Below, piece after piece: positions 20,193 through 30,221 of a stretch of DNA of 64,000 nt. Origin of the DNA: Candidatus Binatia bacterium. GTDB lineage: Bacteria; Desulfobacterota; Binatia; Bin18. The notes beneath the pieces were generated by a model. It had not been told where the DNA came from. It saw only the letters and a program-made list of their open reading frames with translations, and did no database searches. Position 1 is the first letter of the stretch. Each line of letters opens with the position of its first letter. The position numbers and the translations under genes are program-made. The stretch covers positions 64,001 through 128,000 of the forward strand of contig CAXXHG010000021.1 in assembly GCA_963666315.2 (NCBI GenBank). Direction: 5' to 3'.

Positions 20193-21299
20193 ATGTCAAT
20201 ACAACAGGTGATTTCGGCCGACTCGCACATGGTGGAGCCGGGCGACCTGTGGGTCGAGCGGCTGGACCGCAAATATCGCGACGATGCGCCGCACGTCATT
20301 AAGAACGAGCAGGCCAGGGGCGCTCCCTACCTCTTTGTCGGCCCCGGCTTGCATCCACTTACCGTCGCCGGCGTGTTTGCCGCAGGGCGTAGCGGGGATG
20401 AACTGCGCGAGCACATGAAGCACGGCTATGAGGCAGCGCGGCCAAGCGGCTGGGATCCTGCAGAGCGCCTCAAGGATCAGGACCTGGATGGCGTTGTGGC
20501 CGAAGTGTTGTATTCCAGCCTGGGCATTGTCCTGCTCGGTATGCCGGACGTAGAACTGCAAAAAGCATGTCTGCGAGTCTACAACGACTGGCTGGCCGAG
20601 TTCTGCGCCCACGACCCCAGGCGCTTGGTGGGCATCGGCCTGTATACGCTCAACGCGCTGCCCGACGTCTCGGAGATTGAGCGCTGCGCCAAACTGGGGC
20701 TGAAGGGGGTGATGGTACTCGCGTCTGACACTATTGATCTACCGTACAGTGACGAGCGCTTTGATCCCCTGTGGCAGGTGTGTGCCGAGGCGGGACTGCC
20801 GATCTCGCTGCACAAGCCGTTGGTGTCTGGGATGCCGCGCACGGCGGCGATGCCCACCCCTGCGGATCTGCAGATTCATGTGATCCACGTCGTTGAGCAA
20901 TGCATAACCCGGATGGTGTACGGCGGCGTGTTCGAGCGATTTCCCGACCTGAAAGTTGTATCGGCGGAGAATGACGTGGGGTGGATGCCGAACTGGATAT
21001 ACCGTCTCGACCACGTCCATGCCAAGATCCCCGATTCCGGACAGCTGTCCCTCAAGCCGAGCGAATACGTACGACGTAACGTATGGGGCACGTTCCAGGA
21101 CGATCCGATCGGCCCGGCGACCTGGCAGTTCTTCGGTGAGCATAACTACATGTGGGCCTCAGACTTTCCGCATGCGGACTCAACATTTCCTAATTCGCTC
21201 AAGGTCATCGACGAACATTTCGCTGGTATCCCCGCCCAGGTTACCCGGAACATCGTCTTTGAGAACGCCAACCGGCTGTATAATGTCGGTTTCGATTAA
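20193..21299 (+). CDS. Amidohydrolase_2 family protein
   Basis: ISADSHMVEP, YNDWLAEFC, GVFERFPDLK, WASDFPH. Confidence 0.9.
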   Translation: MSIQQVISADSHMVEPGDLWVERLDRKYRDDAPHVIKNEQARGAPYLFVGPGLHPLTVAGVFAAGRSGDELREHMKHGYEAARPSGWDPAERLKDQDLDGVVAEVLYSSLGIVLLGMPDVELQKACLRVYNDWLAEFCAHDPRRLVGIGLYTLNALPDVSEIERCAKLGLKGVMVLASDTIDLPYSDERFDPLWQVCAEAGLPISLHKPLVSGMPRTAAMPTPADLQIHVIHVVEQCITRMVYGGVFERFPDLKVVSAENDVGWMPNWIYRLDHVHAKIPDSGQLSLKPSEYVRRNVWGTFQDDPIGPATWQFFGEHNYMWASDFPHADSTFPNSLKVIDEHFAGIPAQVTRNIVFENANRLYNVGFD

Positions 21300-21325
21300 A
21301 ATCAACATGAAAAGGAGGATGTTTT

Positions 21326-21784
21326 ATGGACATGGCTGAACTCGAAAAACGGATGACTCGGATTGAAGATATTGAAGCCATCAAACAATTGAAGGCAACC
21401 TACTGCGATATTTGTGACGAGGACCATAACCCGGACAGAATCACGACGATTTTTGTTGAAGACGGTATCTGGGAGGGCGCTGGCTTCGGGAAAGCCCAAG
21501 GCCATGCGGCCATTCGCGAGCTATTCCAAGGCTTCCAGAAACTGATCAGCTTCTCCCAGCACCAAGTGCTGAATCCGATCATCAAAATCGATGGCGATCG
21601 AGCCACGGGCATCTGGTACTTCTTTGGTCCGTTTACTTTCTACAAGAACAACCAGGCCAAGTGGCTGGCCGCCCGCTACGAAGACGACTACGTCAAAGTG
21701 AACGGCGAATGGAAGATCCAACATCTACGCGCACGGGGGCGTATGACCACGGACTACGAAAAAAGCTGGGCTGACAAAGATTGA
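21326..21784 (+). CDS. SnoaL/NTF2-like protein (BaiE/LinA-like)
   Basis: EDIEAIKQLKATYC, ATGIWY, YEDDYVKVNGEWKI. Confidence 0.85.
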   Translation: MDMAELEKRMTRIEDIEAIKQLKATYCDICDEDHNPDRITTIFVEDGIWEGAGFGKAQGHAAIRELFQGFQKLISFSQHQVLNPIIKIDGDRATGIWYFFGPFTFYKNNQAKWLAARYEDDYVKVNGEWKIQHLRARGRMTTDYEKSWADKD

Positions 21785-21794
21785 GGCGGGGAGC

Positions 21795-21856
21795 TGTCAT
21801 TCTGAGCCGGCGCGCTTCGACTGTGCTCAGGACAGGCTCCGCAGAGGCGAAGAATC
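21795..21856. repeat. Palindromic intergenic repeat between convergent genes
   Basis: tgtcattctgagc...cttcgactgtgctcaggacagg...gcgaagaatc; related to 13961 and 60605. Confidence 0.5.
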
Positions 21857-21860
21857 CGTA

Positions 21861-22679
21861 TCAAGCCAGCGCACGCAGAAATTTAAGTAGCGCGCTCTGA
21901 CACTCCTCCGGCTTATCTACGTAGATCTCATGTCCGGGTCCTTCCACAATGGTAATTCGCGCGTTGGGAATCTCCTTGCGCATCATGAGCTGGTCGGTCA
22001 ACGGGGTAATAGGGCTGCGCGCAGGTGCGAGGATGAGGGTCGGTACACTAATTTGCGACAGGAGAGGCGCGGTGTCCGCACCATCTAACGTGCGAGTAAT
22101 GCCTCGCAAGACATGGGTTGGGGTCTTAGCCCATTCATTCAGCACCCACTCGATGTGGGCGGGATTCTTGCCGCTAATGACTTTTTGCTCGATTAGCACT
22201 TGTCCCCATCCCTTGGATCCGCCTGTGGCCAGGGCATTCTGCACGTCTCCATGCTGACCGGACAGAGCTTTTTCGGCTGGTGCGCGAATGGCAGTCGGGG
22301 AATTGCAAATCGTCAGGCTCTTGAGCCGTTCCGGCCAGCGCGTCGCAAACACGACACCCAGGATGCCGCCGATCGATTCTCCCAGGTAATGCACCTGCTG
22401 AAGGCCAACGGCGTCCATAAAGTCGTGCATATCCGTAACCAGCTCGTCTATTGACCAGGTGTGGTTCGGGCCGGGGTCGGCAGACTGACCATGCCCGCGC
22501 ATATCGCGGCGTATGACCTGGTAGTATGGCGCCAGGGCGGGCACCCAGTGATACCAGAACTTGGTACTTCGCCCGACGCCATGTTGGAGCCACACGGTCT
22601 CTTTTTCGGTCAGCCAGGGATCAGTGAAGTCGTCGACTTCGTAGTACATCTCACAATTATTGGCAGTGACTGTTGGCAT
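21861..22679 (-). CDS. Alpha/beta hydrolase
   Basis: DMRGHGQS, GESIGG, GPGHEI. Confidence 0.88.
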   Translation of the reverse strand: MPTVTANNCEMYYEVDDFTDPWLTEKETVWLQHGVGRSTKFWYHWVPALAPYYQVIRRDMRGHGQSADPGPNHTWSIDELVTDMHDFMDAVGLQQVHYLGESIGGILGVVFATRWPERLKSLTICNSPTAIRAPAEKALSGQHGDVQNALATGGSKGWGQVLIEQKVISGKNPAHIEWVLNEWAKTPTHVLRGITRTLDGADTAPLLSQISVPTLILAPARSPITPLTDQLMMRKEIPNARITIVEGPGHEIYVDKPEECQSALLKFLRALA

Positions 22680-22803
22680 GCTATGCTCCTTCGACTAGGC
22701 TGTTTCCCGCTAGCTAACACAGTCTCGCCGTGTCAGTCTATCTAGACACTTGAGTTCTTCGCTGCAGTGTGGTCGGCTGGTGCGTCACCGAAAGGAAGCA
22801 AGC

Positions 22804-23688
22804 ATGTTCAAGATAGGCAAGTTGTTTCATCTCACGCACGTGGTGGACGATCTCGAAGCCGTCGACAAATGGTACGACGACGTGTTTTCAGTCACGCGCT
22901 TCTATAACGGGTATGAGGAACTGGCCGGGCGCAATGCCTCGCTCATCGCGATCGGGGATGTCATCATGGAACCGATGATGCCTGCCCGCGTAGAGCCCCT
23001 CAAGAATCAGTCGGTGAAGAAATTCCACGACCGCTTTGGGCAGCATTTCCACTCCATCGCCTGGTACGTGGATGATGTTGAGGCCATCTCCGCCCGGCTC
23101 GACGAAGAGGGCCTCCGGCTGTATAACATTCTCGGCAAAGCAGTGACGCCGCCATACAAGACGGCTGCCATTTGGACGCATCCGAAACAGACCCACGGCC
23201 AGCTGGAGTTCGCCTTGTCCGGCGACTATATAGCCGACCCGCGCCTGGAATCGGATTGGTCCAACGAGCCTTGGCGCCAACACCCGCTCGGCATTGAGCG
23301 TGCTTCGCATATCGGCGTAGTCGTCAGGGACCTGTCAGCGGCGAAGCGGCTGTATTGCGAGACCCTTGGCGCTAGGCTGATCCACGAGGAGCAAACCGAG
23401 GGCCGCAAGCAGAGTGCCTTTGTCGCCGTTGGTGAAGATACGGTCGTGGAACTGATCCAGCCTGTGTCTCCGACTAGCTCCGAAGGCCGTGAGCTGGAGC
23501 AAAACGGCGAGGGCATCTATTCCCTCATATTCAAGACCACAGACCTTGGCCAGGCACAGGATTTTCTGACATCCAAGCAGCATCAGCCGGAACCGGATGG
23601 CGCGGATACGATCATCCTGGGAAAGGACCAGGCGTTTGGGATGGTGGTGGGATTTACCCAGCGTAGACTCCCCAACGATGTGCGCTGA
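22804..23688 (+). CDS. Two-domain VOC/glyoxalase family protein
   Basis: FHLTHVVDDL...HFHSIAWYVDD; second domain HIGVVVRDL...VELIQP...GEGIYS. Confidence 0.8.
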   Translation: MFKIGKLFHLTHVVDDLEAVDKWYDDVFSVTRFYNGYEELAGRNASLIAIGDVIMEPMMPARVEPLKNQSVKKFHDRFGQHFHSIAWYVDDVEAISARLDEEGLRLYNILGKAVTPPYKTAAIWTHPKQTHGQLEFALSGDYIADPRLESDWSNEPWRQHPLGIERASHIGVVVRDLSAAKRLYCETLGARLIHEEQTEGRKQSAFVAVGEDTVVELIQPVSPTSSEGRELEQNGEGIYSLIFKTTDLGQAQDFLTSKQHQPEPDGADTIILGKDQAFGMVVGFTQRRLPNDVR

Positions 23689-23716
23689 ATCTGAATGATG
23701 GAGGACGGTTTGGTCG

Positions 23717-23980
23717 TCAATCGTCCCACATATTTTCGTAGCGTTGACGTCGTTCATGCCACGTGGGCTGCAGCTCTAACCGACGCTGGTTGGTCTGCCG
23801 CTGCCTCTCGTTATTGCGCTGTTCCATCTGCATGGGCCGCTGCTGGCGTTCGATAACATGCTGCTGGCGTTCCTGCTGCCTCCGGGGTGAGGAATCGTCT
23901 CGGTAGTCAGGTGTATCTCCCGCAAACACGGGTGCGGTCAGGAGCCCCGCCATCAGAAAACACAGCCCTCTGCGTAACAT
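23717..23980 (-). CDS. Small secreted Gln/Arg-rich hypothetical protein
   Basis: Signal-like MLRRGLCFLMAGLLTAPVFA followed by a QR-rich tail. Confidence 0.45.
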   Translation of the reverse strand: MLRRGLCFLMAGLLTAPVFAGDTPDYRDDSSPRRQQERQQHVIERQQRPMQMEQRNNERQRQTNQRRLELQPTWHERRQRYENMWDD

Positions 23981-24128
23981 TCGTATCAACCAGATCAACC
24001 TGCGTATCGGCCCGAGACTCCTAGGCATAACGCCCCAGCCGCTCTTATCCTGCTTGTGTGTTGTTGGTCCTTTTTCACACGCTGAGAGAGCTGCGAGGGC
24101 AGTTTCGGCATGCTTCCGCTCCGTACGA

Positions 24129-24341
24129 TCAGTAGTAACGTAGCGAGTTAGACAACCAAAATGTCTGCGCGGTCTGGACCTGGACCTTCGCGGCGCGGTT
24201 CTGCCAGTGTTGGGCGCACTGATAATCGCCGCGTCGGGCACAGGCGGCACTGGCCTGGAGGGCGCGGTTCTGGGCCGTGGCGGTGCAGCCTCCGAGGCTG
24301 AACATAAGAAGCAGAAGAAGGGTGCTGAAAATAGTGTGCAT
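24129..24341 (-). CDS. Small putative lipoprotein
   Basis: Hydrophobic stretch ending in lipobox-like LGGC. Confidence 0.5.
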   Translation of the reverse strand: MHTIFSTLLLLLMFSLGGCTATAQNRALQASAACARRGDYQCAQHWQNRAAKVQVQTAQTFWLSNSLRYY

Positions 24342-24640
24342 TGTTGTTCATCGGCCTTTAAGCGGGACAAGCTAGTCGACGTGGTTATCTTCGCCATGCG
24401 AAATCTACTGCGATATGGATTTTTTGAATAGCCTATAGCGCTGCCGGAGGGGCGTGAGCAAGCCAGGAGGCGATGCGATAGTACCGTCTCCTGCCGATCA
24501 TTTTCTAGCCGCTACTGCCTTGATCTAGCGGTTGACTCTCATAACCCTGGACCAACATCTTGTCCGAGCAAAGTGGCTCTCGATACGTTCTGCTTAAAGG
24601 TCGATTTCACATCACTAAGTCCTGTAGCCTTTCATGAGTC

Positions 24641-24670
24641 GCAGGTTGGGTTAGCGTGGCGTAACCCAAC
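24641..24670. repeat. REP-like hairpin
   Basis: gttgggtta-gcgtggcg-taacccaac, same family as 1491, 3116 and 29101. Confidence 0.6.
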
Positions 24671-24684
24671 AATAAACTCCGGAG

Positions 24685-25911
24685 TCACTCACCTATCGCA
24701 GCCACGCCATCACGGACAAGCGTTTTGATTTCCTCTGCATCGTAACCGAGATCCTGGAGTACTTCATGAGTATGTGCGCCGAGCTGAGGCGCAGCCACCG
24801 GAGTCTGCTTTTCGCCCTCTGATGAAAAAATAGGGCTGCTGATGGTTGTGAGCTTGCCGTGACCGGAGTCATTATCTGGATAGTCTACAAAAGCGCCTGC
24901 CGCGCGCATCTGCGGATCCTGTACGACCTCTTCTAGCTTCGGCATGGGCGCCCATTTGATGTCAGACTGCTTGAACAGCGCTCGCCAGTCGTCCAGATCT
25001 CGCGATTCGAACTGACCTTGTAGAATCGCGAATAATGCCTCGGCATTTTCCGTCCTGGCCTCGTTGGTCGCGAAAAGCGGACTGGTTGCCAACTCCGGCT
25101 GGCTGAGCGTTCGACACAGATTGGGGAATTCTACATCGGGGTCAAGCAGGATGACCAGGAAGGCTTTGCCGTCGCGGCTCAAATAGCCTGCCGCAAGCGG
25201 GTTGGCCGGAGTTCCTCCCTCCCCACGCTGCGGAAACTCGGCCTTACAGAATTGAGCTTGCAGGTCACACGCGTTCGCCCACGCACCGCTGGCTATGAGC
25301 GACGTCCCGACCTTGGAGCCGCGTCCGATGCGTTCACGCCGATACAGCCCAAGCATAATCGCGCCGAAGAGCGACACTGACGTAGGATGATCGCCCATGC
25401 CCGGCCGTGGTCCTCCGGGGCTGCCGTCAGTCCCTACGACGCCCATCATCAATCCCGATCGCGCCCAGTATGCGAGCGCATCAAATGTCGGCGCGTTGGC
25501 GTCCTCGCCTGTGTCTCCGTATCCGGTCAGATGGGCATAGATGAGGCGCTCGTTCTCCGGGCGCAGATCATCCCACGTTAACTGGAATTTTTCGAGCAAC
25601 GAGTGCTGATAGTTAGTGACAAAAACGTCGGCTGTCTTGACCAGACGAATCAGCACCTCCCGGCCTTGGGGCGAACTCAGGTCGAGCGCCACACTCTTTT
25701 TATTTCGACTGGTCAGGATCCAGCCCCAGTTGACGTCTGCCTTGGCAAACCCCGGCAGATCCGACAAGGTCCGGTAGAGATCTCCGCCTTGCGGGCGCTC
25801 GATCTTGAACACGTCCGCACCAAAATCCGACAGAATAGTCGCCGACGCGGGCCCGGCGACATAGGTTCCACAGTCAATGACGCGCAGCCCAGAGAGAATT
25901 CCATTTGGCAC
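24685..25911 (-). CDS. CaiB/BaiF family III CoA-transferase
   Basis: AGPASATILSDFGADVFKIE, RNKKSVALDL, GMGDHP. Confidence 0.92.
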   Translation of the reverse strand: MPNGILSGLRVIDCGTYVAGPASATILSDFGADVFKIERPQGGDLYRTLSDLPGFAKADVNWGWILTSRNKKSVALDLSSPQGREVLIRLVKTADVFVTNYQHSLLEKFQLTWDDLRPENERLIYAHLTGYGDTGEDANAPTFDALAYWARSGLMMGVVGTDGSPGGPRPGMGDHPTSVSLFGAIMLGLYRRERIGRGSKVGTSLIASGAWANACDLQAQFCKAEFPQRGEGGTPANPLAAGYLSRDGKAFLVILLDPDVEFPNLCRTLSQPELATSPLFATNEARTENAEALFAILQGQFESRDLDDWRALFKQSDIKWAPMPKLEEVVQDPQMRAAGAFVDYPDNDSGHGKLTTISSPIFSSEGEKQTPVAAPQLGAHTHEVLQDLGYDAEEIKTLVRDGVAAIGE

Positions 25912-25937
25912 AACAGTCCTCCAGTTGTGTTTCGTTT

Positions 25938-27131
25938 TTAGCCTGATACGACTCCGGCAGCCTGCAGTTCGGCCAGTTGTTCCGCGGAGACGCCGAACTC
26001 TTTCAAGACCGCCTCGGTATGCTCACCCAGCGCAGGCGCGGGCAGGCGCAGCTCGGCGGGTGTTCCTTCAAATCGGACCGGCGGGCGGGGCATGCGGGTG
26101 CGTCCGACATGCGGGTGCTCAGATTCAACAATCAGTTTATTGGCCATGACTTGCTCGTTGTGCATGACCTCTTCTCGACGCAGTGTCGGCGCGCAGGGGA
26201 CTTGTTCGGCATCTAAGCGCGCAATCCAGTCAGCTGAGGTGCGCGTTTTGAGGACTTCGGCCATCATTTCGAGTCGCAGCCCGGCATGTTTCATACGGCT
26301 TGCCGGCGTTTGAAAGCGTACGTCCTCCAGCCACTCAGGCCGTTCCAGGGCGCGGACTAGGCCTTCCCATTCTTTGTTCGACATGGCGCCCGTGGTGATA
26401 TAGCCATCCGTGGTCTCAAAGATGAGATCCCGCACGTGAGTCGGACGTATGTTAGACGCCGACGGGTCTTGCTGCCCTTCGCGGACCATGGTGAGGGCGG
26501 ACATTCCTTCCGGCCAGACAAAAGACACTACCGCATCCAACATGGCCAGTCGTACGTGCTGACCCTTGCCGGTGCGCTCGCGTGCGAGTAATGCAGCGGT
26601 AATAGCCTGGGCCGCAGTAAGCGACGTGACCTTATCCGGAATGACTAAGCGCATCATATGCGGCCGCCCGGACTCTTGATCGCGTTGAATATCAGTCAAG
26701 CCCGACAGGGCTTGAATCACCGGGTCATACACGCGTTTGTGAGCATACGGACCCGACTCCCCAAATCCGCTAATCGAGACATAGATGAGATTCGGTCGAA
26801 TGCTGCGTAGGTCCTTTTCTGCTATCCCCATCCGCTCTACGGTTCCAGGCCGAAAATTCTGTGCGAACACATCAGCCTCGGCAACCAGCCGTTTGAGGAG
26901 TGCGACACCTCGCGGCTCTTTGAGGTTGATGGCCACAGAGCGTTTGTTGCGGTTAATCATGAGAAAGGTCGGCGGGAGGCCGTTACTGCCAAAGGAACGG
27001 GTAAGATCTCCTGTCGGGGGTTCGACTTTGATGACGTCTGCGCCTTGATCTCCTAAGATCATGGTCGCCATGGGGCCAGACAGCATTTGGGTCACATCGA
27101 TCACGCGGTAGCCGGCAAGCGGTCCAGACAT
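25938..27131 (-). CDS. CaiB/BaiF family III CoA-transferase
   Basis: SGPMATMILGDQGADVIKVEP, NRNKRS, QNFRPG, IPDKVT. Confidence 0.92.
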   Translation of the reverse strand: MSGPLAGYRVIDVTQMLSGPMATMILGDQGADVIKVEPPTGDLTRSFGSNGLPPTFLMINRNKRSVAINLKEPRGVALLKRLVAEADVFAQNFRPGTVERMGIAEKDLRSIRPNLIYVSISGFGESGPYAHKRVYDPVIQALSGLTDIQRDQESGRPHMMRLVIPDKVTSLTAAQAITAALLARERTGKGQHVRLAMLDAVVSFVWPEGMSALTMVREGQQDPSASNIRPTHVRDLIFETTDGYITTGAMSNKEWEGLVRALERPEWLEDVRFQTPASRMKHAGLRLEMMAEVLKTRTSADWIARLDAEQVPCAPTLRREEVMHNEQVMANKLIVESEHPHVGRTRMPRPPVRFEGTPAELRLPAPALGEHTEAVLKEFGVSAEQLAELQAAGVVSG

Positions 27132-27341
27132 GAGGGTCTCCTTTCGCGCCTATCCTATGTGAAGATATTCGCCTATACGAGGTCGTCTGGCAAATCGTTT
27201 CACAATAAGGGTTTCTCAATTGCCGTGCGATCAGTTTAGTGGCACCATGCGGCGAGACGCTCCACCACCTCTCGTGGGTCGTGATGAATAGTGCTGAACA
27301 TGGGTGAACTTGAGTGAACTAGAAGCCCAAAAGGAGCAGGC

Positions 27342-28403
27342 ATGAAATTCGGACTCATATTGGTCCCCCAAGTACGCGACGGACAACCTGAGCCCTTTGA
27401 TAAGCTTATCGAACAGATCGAGTACGCTGAGGAGCTTGGCTATCATGCTGTGTGGCTGACTGAACATCACTTCAGCCAATATGGGCGTGCATCGGTGCCG
27501 GTGCTCGCTGCCCAGGCTATTGCGCGTACTTCCCGCATCCGTGTTAGCACGGCGGTGGTCGTATTGCCTTTCAATAATCCGATCCGGGTGGCCGAAGACT
27601 GGGCGACGCTCGACCATATTTCTAAAGGCCGCGTTGACGTTGGCATCGGGCGAGGGAATCAACCCGCGGAGTTTTTAGGTTTCGACGTACCGATGAATGA
27701 AGCCGAACAACGTTTCACGGAGGCGCTTGAAATCCTGCGCTTGGCCTGGACTCAAGAGCGGTTTTCGTATGACGGCGAATTTTGGCATATTCCTGAGATT
27801 TCGGTTGTGCCGAAACCCTATACGCAACCGCATCCCCCCCTGTGGCAAGCGGCGCTCAGCGACTACACCGTGAAAAAGGTGATTGATCGAGGCATCAATG
27901 GTCTCATTGGTCCATACTTATGTCCGTACGACGTGCTGAAAGAACAGTATTTTGATGTCTGGCATCGCGCAGTGGCGGAAGCGGGTCGAACGGATTTACA
28001 GATATGTCATAACGAGTTCGTCTACGTAGGTGAGAGCGATGCACAGGTCAAGGCCGATATCGAAGAATCCGTCATGTGGTATATCCGCACGGCGGCCAAG
28101 ATCTGGGGCGAGCGCAATCGGGACAAGGTGGCGGAACAATATGCCAACTACACCGATATCTTGGAGTATCTTGATGTCGTGCCCTTTAGTGAGGTGTACG
28201 ATCAGCTCGGCATGTTTGGTACCCCGGATAGCGTGGCCGAGAAGATACGCTGGATGCGGGATGAAGGCGGTGTTGACTACATTATGAACTTTATGTGGTT
28301 TGGCGGGTTCGATCAGGACAAGGCGCTGCGCAATATGGAATTATTTGCCAAAGAAGTGATGCCCCGATTCAAAGAACCACAGGGTGCGGAAAGTGTTGCG
28401 TAG
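27342..28403 (+). CDS. LLM-class flavin-dependent oxidoreductase
   Basis: VWLTEHHFS, AEDWATLDHISKGRVDVGIGRG, PKPYTQPHPP. Confidence 0.92.
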   Translation: MKFGLILVPQVRDGQPEPFDKLIEQIEYAEELGYHAVWLTEHHFSQYGRASVPVLAAQAIARTSRIRVSTAVVVLPFNNPIRVAEDWATLDHISKGRVDVGIGRGNQPAEFLGFDVPMNEAEQRFTEALEILRLAWTQERFSYDGEFWHIPEISVVPKPYTQPHPPLWQAALSDYTVKKVIDRGINGLIGPYLCPYDVLKEQYFDVWHRAVAEAGRTDLQICHNEFVYVGESDAQVKADIEESVMWYIRTAAKIWGERNRDKVAEQYANYTDILEYLDVVPFSEVYDQLGMFGTPDSVAEKIRWMRDEGGVDYIMNFMWFGGFDQDKALRNMELFAKEVMPRFKEPQGAESVA

Positions 28404-28430
28404 CGAAGATCGCATAAGTGACCGCTCGCC

Positions 28431-29090
28431 ATGAGCAAACGCCCGCTCTTCGAAGAAAGCATCCTCCCGTATCGGGTCAGCCCGCAGCTGGTGGTACGGC
28501 TGATTGAGCTGCGGCACGTACAGCCCGATCTTTCCCGCTGCTCGTACTGTGGGGCCAACGACTATTGGCATCTCGCTTGGCCAGCCAGCTTGGCGTTGTC
28601 GCAACACCTGGCCTCAACCCAGTCTGCCGAATGGTGGCAGGGGAAGCGGGCATTGGTCATTGGCTGTGGGGTGGGGCTCGAAAGCGTTGTGCTCGCCTCA
28701 CTCGGTGCCAACGTGACTGCCCTCGACCACGTCCCGGAGTCCCTGCGACTCGTGCAGCGCAATTGTGAACTCAATGAAGTCCCCCGCGTCCAGGAACGGT
28801 GTTGGTGCTGGTTGGATGCGAACAGCAGGCAACAGGTTGACCAGTATGATGTGCTTGTGGGGGCTGATGTGTTGTACGAATCAGCCGACGGTGTCTGGAT
28901 CCATGAGTTGCTGACTACATTGTTGAAGCCTGGCGGGCTCGCCTTCTTTGGCGATCCGCAGCGAGAAGGCGTCGAAACGTTTTTAGAACAGCTTGCAGCC
29001 TCTCACTTTCACGTCCAGGTCCATCACCGCGAGATGGAATGGATGGCTGGACGTGAAGAGGTCGATATTTATCAGATTAAGTTGGGATAG
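28431..29090 (+). CDS. Class I SAM methyltransferase (METTL21/Methyltransf_16-like)
   Basis: YWHLAWPASLAL, VIGCGVGL, VGADVLYE, FGDPQR. Confidence 0.8.
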   Translation: MSKRPLFEESILPYRVSPQLVVRLIELRHVQPDLSRCSYCGANDYWHLAWPASLALSQHLASTQSAEWWQGKRALVIGCGVGLESVVLASLGANVTALDHVPESLRLVQRNCELNEVPRVQERCWCWLDANSRQQVDQYDVLVGADVLYESADGVWIHELLTTLLKPGGLAFFGDPQREGVETFLEQLAASHFHVQVHHREMEWMAGREEVDIYQIKLG

Positions 29091-29100
29091 GGTAAATCCC

Positions 29101-29130
29101 GTAGGGCGGATGAGCGTAGCGTAAGCCGAC
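29101..29130. repeat. GTAG-type REP
   Basis: aaatccc-gtagggcggatgagcgtagcgtaagccgac; same 5' flank as the 3116 copy. Confidence 0.6.
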
Positions 29131-29150
29131 ACCACAGGGCTGACAGACGC

Positions 29151-29864
29151 CTACGCGAAAATCTCGTCGAAGAAGGCGCGCATGGCTTTCCACGAGCGCT
29201 CGTCCGATTGCTTGTTATAGCGAATGCCCTGTATAGAACCGTCGGCCTCTGGATTGGTAAAGCTATGCACGGTGTTGCCGTAGCTAATGACCTGCCAGTT
29301 AGCGCCAGCTTTAGTCATCTCTGCCTCAAAGGCATTGACCTGCTCGACGGGCACAAAGGGATCGTCCGCGCCGTGGCAGACTAGGATCTTTGCTTGCACC
29401 TTCCCTGACTCTGCGGGACGCTCCGTTTCCAGGGCCCCGTGAAATGAGACCACGCCTTTGAGCGGTGCGCCGTCTCGTGCCATTTCGAGAGAACAGGTCC
29501 CACCCATACAATAGCCTATGACGGCGAGGCGGTCCGTATCAACCTGCGGCAGTGCAGCCAGCGTATCGAGCCCCGCGCGTATGCGTTGGCGGAATTTGGT
29601 CGTATCCGCGCGTATGGCTCCGGCGTGTTTGATGGCTTCCTCGAGGTCGCTGACCTCAAGGCCGTTACCGTACGGATCGCCAGCCAGTGCAGCATAGCCG
29701 AGCGAGGCTAGTCTCAGAGCACGATCCTTGGCCTGCTTGCCCAATCCAAATGCCTCGGGCATCACCAAAATGCCCGGTCGCTTATGGTCGCTCTGATCGT
29801 CTAACGCCACAAACCCCTTTAGGGTCACATCACCATCTTTGTATTCAAGACTTTCTGCCTTCAT
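29151..29864 (-). CDS. Dienelactone hydrolase family protein
   Basis: PEAFG, GYCMGG, HGADDP, HSFTNP. Confidence 0.92.
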   Translation of the reverse strand: MKAESLEYKDGDVTLKGFVALDDQSDHKRPGILVMPEAFGLGKQAKDRALRLASLGYAALAGDPYGNGLEVSDLEEAIKHAGAIRADTTKFRQRIRAGLDTLAALPQVDTDRLAVIGYCMGGTCSLEMARDGAPLKGVVSFHGALETERPAESGKVQAKILVCHGADDPFVPVEQVNAFEAEMTKAGANWQVISYGNTVHSFTNPEADGSIQGIRYNKQSDERSWKAMRAFFDEIFA

Positions 29865-29949
29865 GTTACTGCTCCTTTCGCTAGAGGCTTGCGAGCCACA
29901 CTGCCATTTTTTGTATCGATTGTAAAATTGCGCGCAATTTGCAAGTTCT

Positions 29950-30122
29950 GTAGGGTAGGTGGAAGCGGCGCATCACCCGCCGAATTAATCCTGTCAGACC
30001 TCGACGTCTCTTTCTCATTGAAAAACAAGCAGGACTGTAACATCTTTGGTTGAAAGGACTCAAGATTCGTAGCAGTGGTAATAGCGGAGTCCCCGGATTC
30101 CACTCCGTTTCATCCAGGCTAC
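29950..30122. repeat. Pair of degenerate inverted GTAG REPs
   Basis: gtagggtaggtg...cacccgcc at 29950 and ccggattccactccgtttcatccaggctac ending at 30122. Confidence 0.4.
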
Positions 30123-30221
30123 AGGGAGACTTTGATCAAATCGTAGAATCGACAAACGGCTGGTACTGCCGCATGAAGGCTAGGCGCTGATCCATAAGCA
30201 AAAGATCCTGACGGAGGCGAA

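Noticed and set aside
23717-24397. 226-aa ORF as a single gene
   Set aside because: Its N-terminal part overlaps a better lipoprotein-like ORF in another frame; only the last 87 aa look like a real protein
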